From: an uncultured Gemmatimonadales bacterium | Lineage (GTDB): Bacteria; Gemmatimonadota; Gemmatimonadetes; Gemmatimonadales; GWC2-71-9 | DNA length: 64,000 nucleotides | NCBI GenBank assembly: GCA_963739455.1 | Contig: CAVUAK010000002.1 | Coordinates: 64,001 to 128,000, forward strand | Reading direction: 5' to 3' | Shown: positions 1 to 8,614 of the stretch, one piece after another | How the letters are laid out: every line of letters begins with the position of its first letter | Numbering within the stretch: position 1 is the first letter of the stretch | Position numbers and translations under genes: made by a program | The notes under the pieces: model-generated | Seen by the model: the letters and a program-made list of their open reading frames with translations, nothing else | Databases searched by the model: none | What the model was told of the DNA's origin: nothing

Positions 1-511
1 GCGTCGCCAGCAACCGCGGCCGGACCATCCAGTCCACCACAGTGCGCTGCTCCAGCAGCGAGCGGGTCTTCGAGGTGAATCCGATCACGAGCACCGTGCT
101 CGATGAGGACGTGAGCGGGCTGATGACCGGAGGAGGCACCGAGCGCGGCAGGCGCGGCACCGCCTCCACCAGCCGTTCGGCGAGCGCCTGGCGCGCGCGG
201 AAGATGTCGGTGCCCGGCGCCAGCACCGCGGTGATGATCGAGAGACCCTGAATCGACTGCGATCGCACGATCGCGATGCCCGCCACGCCGTTGATGACGT
301 CCTCGATCGGCTTGGTGACAAGAATCTCGACCTGCTCCGGAGCGAAGCCCGGCGCTTCCGTCTGGATCGATACCTGTGGTGGGGCGAACTCGGGGAAGAC
401 GTCGAGCGGTGCCACGATGAGGCGCGAGGTGCCGTACACCACCAGCACGATGGCGAGCCCGAGGATGATCCCCGGGTGACGAACAGAGAAGCGGACCAGG
501 CCGGCAATCAT
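1..511 (-). CDS. CusA/CzcA family RND efflux permease, N-terminal part (runs off window edge)
   Basis: Not in the ORF track. Manual translation from ATG at 511: MIAGLVRFSVRHPGIILGLAIVLVVYG...LDVFPEFAPPQVSIQTEAPGFAPEQVEILVTKPIE, the typical heavy-metal RND N-terminus. Follows MFP and TolC genes. Confidence 0.9.
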   Translation of the reverse strand, partial: MIAGLVRFSVRHPGIILGLAIVLVVYGTSRLIVAPLDVFPEFAPPQVSIQTEAPGFAPEQVEILVTKPIEDVINGVAGIAIVRSQSIQGLSIITAVLAPGTDIFRARQALAERLVEAVPRLPRSVPPPVISPLTSSSSTVLVIGFTSKTRSLLEQRTVVDWMVRPRLLAT

Positions 512-521
512 CGGCGGTAAA

Positions 522-1509
522 TCACTCCGCGACCTCGTCGCCCACCTGTACCCGCGCCCTGAACTCCTCTGACAGCAATTGCTCCGCACCCACCGTCACG
601 ATGCGATCGCCGGGTGCGATGCCCCCGCGCATCGCCCAACCCCCAGGCATCGGCGTCGTCGTGCGTACCCTGACGCGGCTGAACTGTCCCGGCGCGCGTT
701 CCACATACGCCCAGAGCAGCCCCTCCCACTGCACCGCCGCCGCCGCCGGTACGCCCACCGCGCCGCCCTCGGCACGGCCCACCGGCACGGCGGCCGCCAC
801 TGGCAGCCCCACCGCGAGCCCCGGCCACGAGTGCGGCGAGCCGGTAGTTGAATGCGGGACGCTGCGTCAGTGGATCGACGTCGAACGCGGGCCCAACCAG
901 CTGTGCGGTGGAAGAGCGACCGCTCCGGTCGAGCGGCTGAACCGTGAGCCGCGCGGGAGGCGAGGCCGGCGCACCTTCGCTCCAGGCAATGCGCGCCAGC
1001 GGCTCCGTCAGGTCGCTGACTGCAAGCAGCACCTGGCCCGGCTGCACGATCTCACCTGGCCGCGCGCCGACCTGCGTCACCACGCCGGAACGCGGCAGCA
1101 CCAGCGCCTTGGCGTCAGCGACCTGTGCGATCGTGACACCCGCCACCACATGTGCCGCAAGCTCCGGCCATGAAACGCCCGGCGCCGCCTCCAGTCGACC
1201 CGCCACAGGCGCGCGGAGGAATGCAATCCGCGCCGAGTCGGGTACGATGACACCGTTCAATTGCATCGTCGGTGCTGCCGATACCGATCGCGCCGCTTCA
1301 GTCACCAGGCCGAGCTTGCTCGCTTCGGCGGGATCCAGCCTCACGACCACGCCGTCGTCACCCGTGGCGACGCGGCTCGGTGCGATGACCGGTTCGTCAC
1401 GCTGCACCTCGTTCTCTCGCTCCTCCCGTCCCTTGCCGTACGCAAAGACGAGCGCCCATGCGAGCAGGGCGAACAACGCGGCGCCGGCGAGCCAGCGGGT
1501 CGGCTTCAT
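522..1509 (-). CDS. RND efflux periplasmic adaptor (MFP), frameshifted near 820-830
   Basis: N-terminal anchor MKPTRWLAGAALFALLAW and lipoyl-like segment RPGEIVQPGQVLL in ORF 508..1590. C-terminus (GVPAAAAVQWEG...GDRIVTVGAEQLLSEE) in ORF 522..812. Lies between TolC and CusA. Confidence 0.85.
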
Positions 1510-2927
1510 TGGACACTCTCCTGGACCACGAACGTTGCGGTCGGCAGCAGCAGCGGGTCGGGCAGTTCTGGCGCCTGGTCGACGGTCCACATCCCCGTGG
1601 CGCGCCCAAGCTCACTCCCGGTGACGACGCGGCGCAGTTGGGCCTCCTGCTGTGTGCTCTCCGCGTCAGCCACTGCCAGCGCGAGCCCCATGCTTTCGAA
1701 CTGGCCCGTCTCGCCTCGCTCATACGCCGCGCGGGCGGTACGCTCACGGACCTTGAGCGCCTCCACCAGCTGCCGTGAAGCGGCAAGCTGCTGTGCCGTC
1801 GCCCGGCACTCGGAGAATGCCGCCTCCACCTGGCTCAGCACCTCTTGCTGAGTCGCCTCGACCGCGCTCGCCATCTGGTTCCGGCGTGCGATGGCCTCGC
1901 CGATCGGGCCCTTGTTCTTGTTGCGCAGGAGGTTGGGCAGCGAAAAGGCCGCGATCCACCGGCGCAGGCCCTGGTCCCAGGAAAAGCCGGGCGCGAGTTC
2001 GAGGTCGGGATACTGCTTGGTGATTTCCACCTTGAGGTCCGCCTCCGCGACGGCGTACTCCGCCAGCGTCACACCCATCTCGTAGCGGCGGCGCAGTGCT
2101 ATGCCCCGCAGCTCCTCGAGACTCTGTCCCGCTGCCCAGTCACAGCCGACAGTTCCGGCAGTGCTGATCACCAGCGTGTCCACGGCGGCCGCCGGCACCC
2201 CGATCAGGCGCGCCAGCGACGCACGCGCCGCGATCACCTGCGCGTCGGCCGTTGACAGTTCCCGTCCCGCGAGCCTGCTCTCGGCGGTCGCCTGGTCCAC
2301 CGTTGCCTGACCAACCGCATCACTTTCGTAGAGGCGGCTCACCTGGCTGGTAACCTGGTCGCTCCGCGCCACGCGACGCTTCCACGCCGCAACGCTCGAG
2401 TCGCCCTGCACGATGGTGAGCGCCGCGGTCCGCACATCGCTGGCGATGTTCCACGCAACGACCCGCGCCTGAAGTTCGGCGACAAGCGAACGCGCCTGCG
2501 CCGCGGCAATCCGGGCGCCACGCTTTCCCCCCAGTTCGATCCGGAAGATCAGCCCAAGGGTCACCGTCCAGCGTGACTCGAACGGGCCCGGATTGTCTGC
2601 TGCGGACACGCCCCCGACGACGCCGACCGGTGTGCGGGCACCCGCCGTCACTTCCGCGGCCTGCACCGTGCGCCAGTTACGACGCGATACCTCAAGGTCA
2701 GACCTGAAGTACCAGGCAGTCAGGGCCAGCCGCTGGGAGTCCCAGTCGGTTGTCGCGCTGGAGTCGTACGTGGTGAGGAAAACGCCGAGGGCCGAGTCGG
2801 CAAGGGTGCGATGGCCAAACGCGGTCGCGCTCGTCTCTGGTGAAAGCGGCTGCGGCTTGTACTTGGCGCACCCCGCACCGAGCAGGGCAACCAGGGTCGC
2901 CATGCGCAGGCCACGGGTGAGCATCAT
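1506..2927 (-). CDS. TolC family outer membrane efflux lipoprotein
   Basis: Likely start MMLTRG overlapping the xerD stop (ATGA). Lipobox LGAGC, OEP-like repeats (QYPDLELAPG, ARAAYERGE). Confidence 0.88.
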   Translation of the reverse strand: MMLTRGLRMATLVALLGAGCAKYKPQPLSPETSATAFGHRTLADSALGVFLTTYDSSATTDWDSQRLALTAWYFRSDLEVSRRNWRTVQAAEVTAGARTPVGVVGGVSAADNPGPFESRWTVTLGLIFRIELGGKRGARIAAAQARSLVAELQARVVAWNIASDVRTAALTIVQGDSSVAAWKRRVARSDQVTSQVSRLYESDAVGQATVDQATAESRLAGRELSTADAQVIAARASLARLIGVPAAAVDTLVISTAGTVGCDWAAGQSLEELRGIALRRRYEMGVTLAEYAVAEADLKVEITKQYPDLELAPGFSWDQGLRRWIAAFSLPNLLRNKNKGPIGEAIARRNQMASAVEATQQEVLSQVEAAFSECRATAQQLAASRQLVEALKVRERTARAAYERGETGQFESMGLALAVADAESTQQEAQLRRVVTGSELGRATGMWTVDQAPELPDPLLLPTATFVVQESVQ

Positions 2928-3871
2928 GCGCGAGGGTGAAACTGCTTGTGCACGCTGCGCAGGTACTCGCGATCCACGTGAGTGTAGATCTGGGTTGTGG
3001 AGAGGTCGGCATGGCCGAGCATCTCCTGCACCGCCCGGAGGTCGGCGCCCCCCTCGAGCAGGTGCGTCGCGAAGCTGTGGCGGAGCGTGTGAGGCGATAC
3101 CCGCCTGGTCACGCCAGCCTTGTCGGCGGCGTGCTTCACGATGCCCCACGCGCCCACGCGCGACAGCGGGCCACCGCGCGCGTTCAGCAGCACGCGCCCC
3201 TGGCTCTTCCCCCGGTCGAGTTCTGGTCGCACCGTGTGGAGGTACACCGAGAGCGCACCGATGCCGGTTCGTCCAATCGGCACAAGCCGCTCCTTCGATC
3301 CCTTGCCGAAGACCCGAACCAGTCCCTCGGGGATCAGGAGGTCGGCCAGCCCGAGACCGCACAGTTCCGACACCCGCATCCCTGCGCCATAGGCCAGCTC
3401 CAGCAGCACCCGGTCACGCCAGGCCAGCGGCGCCGACACATCCGGCGCGGCGAGCATCGCGTCAATCTCGGAAACCGAGAGCGTCTCGGGCAGCTTCCGC
3501 CAGCGTGCCGGGCTTTCCAGCCGGTCACTGGGGTCGTGCGTCAGCCGTCCCTCGGCGATCATGAAGCCAAAGTAAGTCTTGGTGGCCGAAACGCATCGCC
3601 TTATGCTGGCTGGGCTTAGGCCAACGTCCTTGAGAAGGAACACGAAGTCGCGCAGGAGTCCGCGGGTGAGCTTCTCCGGGGCGCTGATCCCCTTCGAGAG
3701 CGCGAACTCCGCCAGTCGGCGCAGGTCGCGTTGGTAACTCTCCACCGTGTGCGGGCTGTGCCCCGCTTCAAGCGCGAGGTAGTCTGAAAAGCCCTCTAGC
3801 CAGAACGACCGCACGTCGGGCTCGACGCTCACGGCTAGCGGCTGACGACTCCCTGCCGACTCACGACTCAC
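2924..3871 (-). CDS. xerD: Site-specific tyrosine recombinase XerD
   Basis: RDRVLLELAYGAGMRVSEL, GKGSKER and HTLRHSFATHLLEGGADLRAVQEMLGHADLSTTQIYTHV catalytic motifs. Confidence 0.92.
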   Translation of the reverse strand: MSRESAGSRQPLAVSVEPDVRSFWLEGFSDYLALEAGHSPHTVESYQRDLRRLAEFALSKGISAPEKLTRGLLRDFVFLLKDVGLSPASIRRCVSATKTYFGFMIAEGRLTHDPSDRLESPARWRKLPETLSVSEIDAMLAAPDVSAPLAWRDRVLLELAYGAGMRVSELCGLGLADLLIPEGLVRVFGKGSKERLVPIGRTGIGALSVYLHTVRPELDRGKSQGRVLLNARGGPLSRVGAWGIVKHAADKAGVTRRVSPHTLRHSFATHLLEGGADLRAVQEMLGHADLSTTQIYTHVDREYLRSVHKQFHPRA

Positions 3872-3909
3872 GACTCACGACTCCCCGCCGACTGCCGACT
3901 CACGACTGA
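3846..3909. repeat. Degenerate heptamer tandem array (CGACTCA/CGACTGC)
   Basis: CGACTCA at 3857, 3864, 3871 and 3896, variants at 3846, 3878, 3889 and 3903. Spans the dedA stop and xerD start. Confidence 0.85.
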
Positions 3910-4935
3910 CCACCTCACGCGCGCCACCTCATCCGCACCAAGTCCCAGCAGTTCACTGGCGCGCGCGAGCAGCCACGACTCCTGCTCCGGGTCGACGCTC
4001 CGATCCGCAAATGCCGACTGCCACATCTGCTCGATCAGTTGAAGTCGCCGCTCCTGCGCCACCTCACCACTCAGCCGCTGGCCCAGGCGCTGGAGACGTC
4101 CCTCCTCCTCGCCGGCCTTCCGGCCGGCGTTCACCTCTTCGAGCCGCGGCTGGAGACCCCAGTGCAGGCGCAGGTCGCGCTCGACCCGGCTCCGCTCCTC
4201 CGCGCCAAGACCCGCATCGGCGTAGGCAATCTCGATGACGAGCCGGGCCGCATGCCGAAGGTCGGTTGGCGCCTCGGGGTTGGCGTTGGCGCCCAGCGCC
4301 GCCTTGACCGCTGTCATTACCGGCTCTTCGTGCCGACGCCGGCGCGCGTAGACCACGAGCCCGACCACTGCGGCGAGGACAGCGGTGACCAGGGCGCTCG
4401 TCTTGCCCATGCTGTCGAGCAGTTCCCGAACCCGGCCGAACTCGCTTCCCACGGTGGTCCCGATCCACACCATGGCACCGTACCAGACGCCGGAGACGAG
4501 TGCAATGACGAGGAACACCGGCAGGACCGGAATCCTGAACAGGCCTGCAAAGGGGGGCACCACCGCGCGAATCCCCGGGAGGAAACGCGCGACGATCAGC
4601 CCGACGGTGCCGAGCCGGAGGTAGTCGCGCTCGATCACGGCAATCGACTCGGGCGCCATCAATCGGCGAACCAGCGGAAGCTCGAAGATGCGGCGCCCCG
4701 ATTTCCGGACCACGGCATAGACCAGCATGGCGCCGCCGGCGTTGAACACCCACGCAATCAGGAAGACGGTGAGCGGCGTCGTCGTGCCGGAGTGGGAGAG
4801 AAATCCGCCCAGGGCAATGGCCACATCGGCCGGGACGATCGGAAGGATGTTCTCGAGGAATGCCAGCGCGGCGAGAACCACGTACACTTGGGCCGACGGC
4901 AGGGATGCCAGCCAGCCCAGGACGGCGTCGATCAG
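3868..4935 (-). CDS. DedA (SNARE-associated) membrane protein with C-terminal TerB-like domain
   Basis: DedA motifs ENILPIVPAD and ARFLPGIR. C-terminal IAYADAGLGAEER...MWQSAFADRSVDPEQE...ASELLGL resembles TerB. Start either CTG at 4935 or GTG at 4887. Confidence 0.8.
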   Translation of the reverse strand: MIDAVLGWLASLPSAQVYVVLAALAFLENILPIVPADVAIALGGFLSHSGTTTPLTVFLIAWVFNAGGAMLVYAVVRKSGRRIFELPLVRRLMAPESIAVIERDYLRLGTVGLIVARFLPGIRAVVPPFAGLFRIPVLPVFLVIALVSGVWYGAMVWIGTTVGSEFGRVRELLDSMGKTSALVTAVLAAVVGLVVYARRRRHEEPVMTAVKAALGANANPEAPTDLRHAARLVIEIAYADAGLGAEERSRVERDLRLHWGLQPRLEEVNAGRKAGEEEGRLQRLGQRLSGEVAQERRLQLIEQMWQSAFADRSVDPEQESWLLARASELLGLGADEVARVRWSVVSRQSAGSRES

Positions 4936-5408
4936 CGTCGCTCCAGGGTCGCCACCGCAATGGCCGCCATGCCCTCGCGGCGGCCGATGAAGCCCATTCC
5001 CTCGTTCGTCTTCCCCTTCACGTTGATGTCACCCGGCGCGGCGCCCAGGACTTCGGCGATCCGTTGCGCCATCTGCGCCGCGTGCGGCCCGATCTTCGGG
5101 GCCTCGGTGATCACCGTGATATCGCACTGCACAAAGGCGTAACCCCGCTCGCGCACCGTGGCGTATGCCTCGCGCAGCAGGACCATCGAGTCGGCATCCT
5201 TCCAGCGCGGATCGGTGTCGGGAAAGAGCCCGCCGATGCTCCCGGCGCCGGCGGCTCCGAGGATGGCGTCGGTGAGTGCGTGGGCAACGACATCGGCGTC
5301 GGAGTGACCAGCGAGCCCTTCGGGGTGCGGAATCGTGACGCCGCCGAGTACCAGGCGCCGGCCGGGCGCAAACCGGTGTGAGTCGTAGCCGATGCCTGTG
5401 CGAGTCAT
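4932..5408 (-). CDS. ispF: 2-C-methyl-D-erythritol 2,4-cyclodiphosphate synthase
   Basis: GIGYDSHRF, GHSDADVVAHALTDAILGA, NVKGKTNEGMG. Confidence 0.96.
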   Translation of the reverse strand: MTRTGIGYDSHRFAPGRRLVLGGVTIPHPEGLAGHSDADVVAHALTDAILGAAGAGSIGGLFPDTDPRWKDADSMVLLREAYATVRERGYAFVQCDITVITEAPKIGPHAAQMAQRIAEVLGAAPGDINVKGKTNEGMGFIGRREGMAAIAVATLERR

Positions 5409-6463
5409 GCCGCGGCGGTCTGCGGTGACTCGATCAGCGAATAGTCCTGGCGCCGCCGCCTGGGGGTGTACCCCGCATCGGTGATGTTCCGCTCGATCTC
5501 GGCCACCGTGGTGCGAAAGGTCGTGCCTGCCGCCGACACCACGTTCTCTTCCATCATCAGGCTGCCGTAGTCGTTCGCGCCGTAACGCAGTGCCACCTGA
5601 CCCACCTTGTGACCCATCGTCACCCAGGATGACTGCAGGTTCGGCACGTTCGTCAGCACGATACGGCTCATCGCCAGCATCCGCAGGTAGGTGACCGCGT
5701 CGGTCTTCGGCTGGTGCGACATGGTGGGCGTCCCTTCCGGCTGCAGCGGCCAGCAGATGAACGCCGTGAATCCACCGGTCCGGGCCTGCAGGTCGCGCAC
5801 CAGGAACAGGTGCTCCATCCGGTCCTCGTCGGTCTCACCCAGCCCGTACATCATGGTGACGGACGTCTTCATGCCTTGGCGATGGGCTTCCTCCTGCACG
5901 CCAAGCCATTCCTGCGTCTGCGCCTTCTTGGCGGCCACCTGCTGGCGGATTCGATCGACCAGGATCTCGCCACCACCGCCCGGGATGCTGTCCAGCCCCG
6001 CCTCGCGCAGCTGCCGAACCACGTCGGCCACCGGCATCCGGAAGCGCTCGCTGAAGAACACCACCTCCGACGGCGAGAACCCGTGGATGTGAATGCGGTG
6101 ATGCTTCTTGATATAGCGCATCAGCTCGAGATACCACTCAAACGGGATGTACGGGTTGTGTCCGCCCTGCAGGAGGATCTGCACCCCACCGAGGGCCTTG
6201 CACTCGTCGATCTTCTTGCCGATCTGCTCGAAGCTCAGCACGTAACCTTCGTTGTGCTTCGGCCGGCGATAGAACGCGCAGAAGCCGCAGTCGGCCACGC
6301 AGACGTTGGTGTAGTTGATGTTCCGGTCGATGATGTACGACACCACCGGCTCCGGATGCTGCCGCCAGCGCTCGGTGTCGGCCAGCTCGGCCAGTTCCAG
6401 CAGCGGCGCTCGCTGATAGAGCTCCAGGTAGCTCTTGAATTCTGTGGTTGTGCGGTCAACCAT
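5405..6463 (-). CDS. mqnC: Cyclic dehypoxanthinyl futalosine synthase (radical SAM)
   Basis: DRNINYTNVCVADCGFCAF, LLQGGHNP, SIPGGGGEIL, ANDYGSLMMEENVV. Clustered with mqnA and mqnE. Confidence 0.9.
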   Translation of the reverse strand: MVDRTTTEFKSYLELYQRAPLLELAELADTERWRQHPEPVVSYIIDRNINYTNVCVADCGFCAFYRRPKHNEGYVLSFEQIGKKIDECKALGGVQILLQGGHNPYIPFEWYLELMRYIKKHHRIHIHGFSPSEVVFFSERFRMPVADVVRQLREAGLDSIPGGGGEILVDRIRQQVAAKKAQTQEWLGVQEEAHRQGMKTSVTMMYGLGETDEDRMEHLFLVRDLQARTGGFTAFICWPLQPEGTPTMSHQPKTDAVTYLRMLAMSRIVLTNVPNLQSSWVTMGHKVGQVALRYGANDYGSLMMEENVVSAAGTTFRTTVAEIERNITDAGYTPRRRRQDYSLIESPQTAAA

Positions 6464-6470
6464 GCGTCCA

Positions 6471-6526
6471 ACTCCTGACTCTTAACTCTTAACCCTTAAC
6501 CCTTAACGCCTAACGCCTGACGCCTG
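6471..6526. repeat. Eight-unit heptamer tandem array filling the mqnA-mqnC spacer
   Basis: ACTCCTG ACTCTTA ACTCTTA ACCCTTA ACCCTTA ACGCCTA ACGCCTG ACGCCTG. Confidence 0.92.
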
Positions 6527-6528
6527 GC

Positions 6529-7350
6529 TCACGCCGCACTGATAAAACTTAGGCTCCCATCCGGTACCAGCCCATCTTGTGCCAGCCGGCGGAAGAAATC
6601 AGTCAGGCCGGCGAGGTGCCGATAGGAGAACCGGTAGTCCAGGTCGCCCAGATAGTCGCGGCACACTTGCCGGTCGATCCCCGTGGTGGCCCATGCCTGG
6701 TCGGCCAGCAGGTCGAGATGTGCCAGTCCCCAGTCGCGCGACTCGATGAGGCGGGCATGTGCCTCCTGCACCTCTCCCTGGCCTGCCCTCCGCCGCGCCG
6801 CCCATACGGCGAAGACGAACGGCAGGCCGGTCCAGTCCCGCCACGCTTCGCCCAGGTCCGCCTGGTGTGGATAGATCCCCTGCGAGGCAAGCACCAGCGC
6901 GGCATCGCCGATGACCAGCACGGCGTCGTGGGGGAACTGTGCCAGGGCGGCGAGGTCCGTCGCCTCGGCCCGCACCGTGGCGAATCGGGGCGCAACATTC
7001 CATCGATGCCGGCACAGCAGCTCGAGCAGCAGGACCGACGTGCGCGACGACGAGCTGAGGAGCACCGTGGCGCCGTCGAGCGACGTGATCGGGCGCCGGG
7101 AGAAGAGCCGTACGCTGTGCACCGGCCCATCGCAGCTGATGGCGAGGTCCGGTAGCAGGTGATACGCCGCAGCGTTCCGCGCGTACTCCACCGCCGATAC
7201 GACGCTCAGGTCGAGCTCCCCCGCCGCCATCAGGTCGTTGAGGTCCGACGCCGTGCCGGTAACCAGTTCGGCACCGACGCTCACCAGCCCGCGGTCGATC
7301 GCCCCGTACACCGGGTAGCAGTTGATCCAGGGAATGCGGCCGAGTCTCAT
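6529..7350 (-). CDS. mqnA: Chorismate dehydratase (futalosine pathway)
   Basis: RLGRIPWINCYP, ISCDGPVHSV, SRTSVLL, LVIGDAAL, WTGLPFVFAVW. Confidence 0.9.
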   Translation of the reverse strand: MRLGRIPWINCYPVYGAIDRGLVSVGAELVTGTASDLNDLMAAGELDLSVVSAVEYARNAAAYHLLPDLAISCDGPVHSVRLFSRRPITSLDGATVLLSSSSRTSVLLLELLCRHRWNVAPRFATVRAEATDLAALAQFPHDAVLVIGDAALVLASQGIYPHQADLGEAWRDWTGLPFVFAVWAARRRAGQGEVQEAHARLIESRDWGLAHLDLLADQAWATTGIDRQVCRDYLGDLDYRFSYRHLAGLTDFFRRLAQDGLVPDGSLSFISAA

Positions 7351-8534
7351 GCGGCTGCAGTCGACAGTCGGCCGTCGGCAGTCGTCGGGAAGTCGGCAGC
7401 GGCAAAGTCGCTGCGTACGGCTTCGTACAGGCTGTTGCGCTCGACCGGACGCTTCCCTGCCCCCCTGATCATTTCTACCAGCTGGTCGTACTGCATGTGC
7501 ATCGCCGTGTGCGCGCCCGCCTCGTGATAGATCCGCTCGTACACCACCGTGCCCTCCACGTCGTCGCAGCCGTAAGCCAGCGCGATCTGGGACAGGAACG
7601 GCGTCACCATCGGCCAGTGCGTCTTCACGTGGGGAATATTGTCGAGGTAGAGCCGGCCCACCGCGATGTTTCTCAGGTCCTCATAACCGGTGGTCGCCGA
7701 CCCGACCCGTCCCAGTTCCTCGCCCAGTTCGTTGTTGTCCGGGTGATATGCCAGCGGGATGTACGTCAGGAAGCCCCCGGTCTCGTCCTGCAGCTCGCGC
7801 AGCATGCCGAGGTGCTCGATCCGGTCGTCCATCGTCTCCACGTGCCCGTAGAGCATGGTGCAGTTGGTCGGGATGCCCAGTTCATGGGCCACGCGATGCA
7901 CCCGCAGCCACTCCTGCCCAGTCAGCTTGCGTTCAGCAATCGTCGCGCGCACCGCCGTGCTGAATACCTCGGCCCCGCCACCTGGCAGGCTCGTGAGGCC
8001 CGCTTCCTTCATCGCAATCAGGACGGCGCGCTCCGACGACTTCTCGATCCGCGCGAGGTGCGCGATCTCCACGGCCGTCAGCGCCTTGATGTGCACATCA
8101 GGGTGCCGTTCCTTCAGCCCCCGGATCATGTCGGTGTAGTAGCTCAGCCTGAGCTTCGGGTGCAGGCCCCCGACGATATGAAACTCCTTGGTCGGCATCC
8201 CGCGCGCCTGCTCCGCCTCGGCGAACACCTCGTCGAGTGACCGGGTGTAGCCGCCGTCTTCCTTCGGCATCCGCGCGAACGAGCAGAACGTGCAGGTGTT
8301 CCGCAGTACGCAGATGTTGGTGGGATTGATGTGCTGGTTGGCCGAGAAGAACACCCGGTCGCCGTTCCGGCGCTGGTTCGCCAGGTCAGCGAGCCGCCCC
8401 AGTCCGGTGAGGTCGGGGGTGCTAAAGAGGGTCCGGGCGTCTGCGGCCGAGAGCCGAGCGCCCTCGAGAACCTTCTCGGCGATGGGGCGAAGGGCGGAGT
8501 CGCGCAGCCGGCCGGGATCGATGGTCGGCGACAT
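7347..8534 (-). CDS. mqnE: Aminofutalosine synthase (radical SAM)
   Basis: Start MSPTIDPG with SD AAGGAG. HINPTNIC..., EFHIVGGLHP, KALTAVEI, SLPGGGAEVF, GTVVYERIYHEAGA. Confidence 0.9.
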   Translation of the reverse strand: MSPTIDPGRLRDSALRPIAEKVLEGARLSAADARTLFSTPDLTGLGRLADLANQRRNGDRVFFSANQHINPTNICVLRNTCTFCSFARMPKEDGGYTRSLDEVFAEAEQARGMPTKEFHIVGGLHPKLRLSYYTDMIRGLKERHPDVHIKALTAVEIAHLARIEKSSERAVLIAMKEAGLTSLPGGGAEVFSTAVRATIAERKLTGQEWLRVHRVAHELGIPTNCTMLYGHVETMDDRIEHLGMLRELQDETGGFLTYIPLAYHPDNNELGEELGRVGSATTGYEDLRNIAVGRLYLDNIPHVKTHWPMVTPFLSQIALAYGCDDVEGTVVYERIYHEAGAHTAMHMQYDQLVEMIRGAGKRPVERNSLYEAVRSDFAAADFPTTADGRLSTAAA

Positions 8535-8614
8535 GCTATCTCCTTGCAGGAGCGTAACTAACGTCTCCAGCAATCTACACCGTCGCCCGCCACAGGTGCC
8601 AGAGTCGGTGGCAG

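Noticed and set aside
2928..3362. N-terminal extensions in the ORF track for TolC (also MqnE, FabG, FabH, NuoF, NuoI and Gap)
   Set aside because: They overlap upstream genes in another frame. Downstream starts with an SD or a stop/start overlap fit the families.
2924..3871. Tyrosine recombinase as a prophage or island integrase
   Set aside because: Motifs match XerD, it is coupled to housekeeping genes, and no att repeats, tRNA or phage genes are nearby.
6471..6526. Short repeat arrays as CRISPR or telomere-like sequence
   Set aside because: Units are 7 bp with no spacers and no cas genes. The resemblance of TAAGGGT to telomeric repeats covers only two units.
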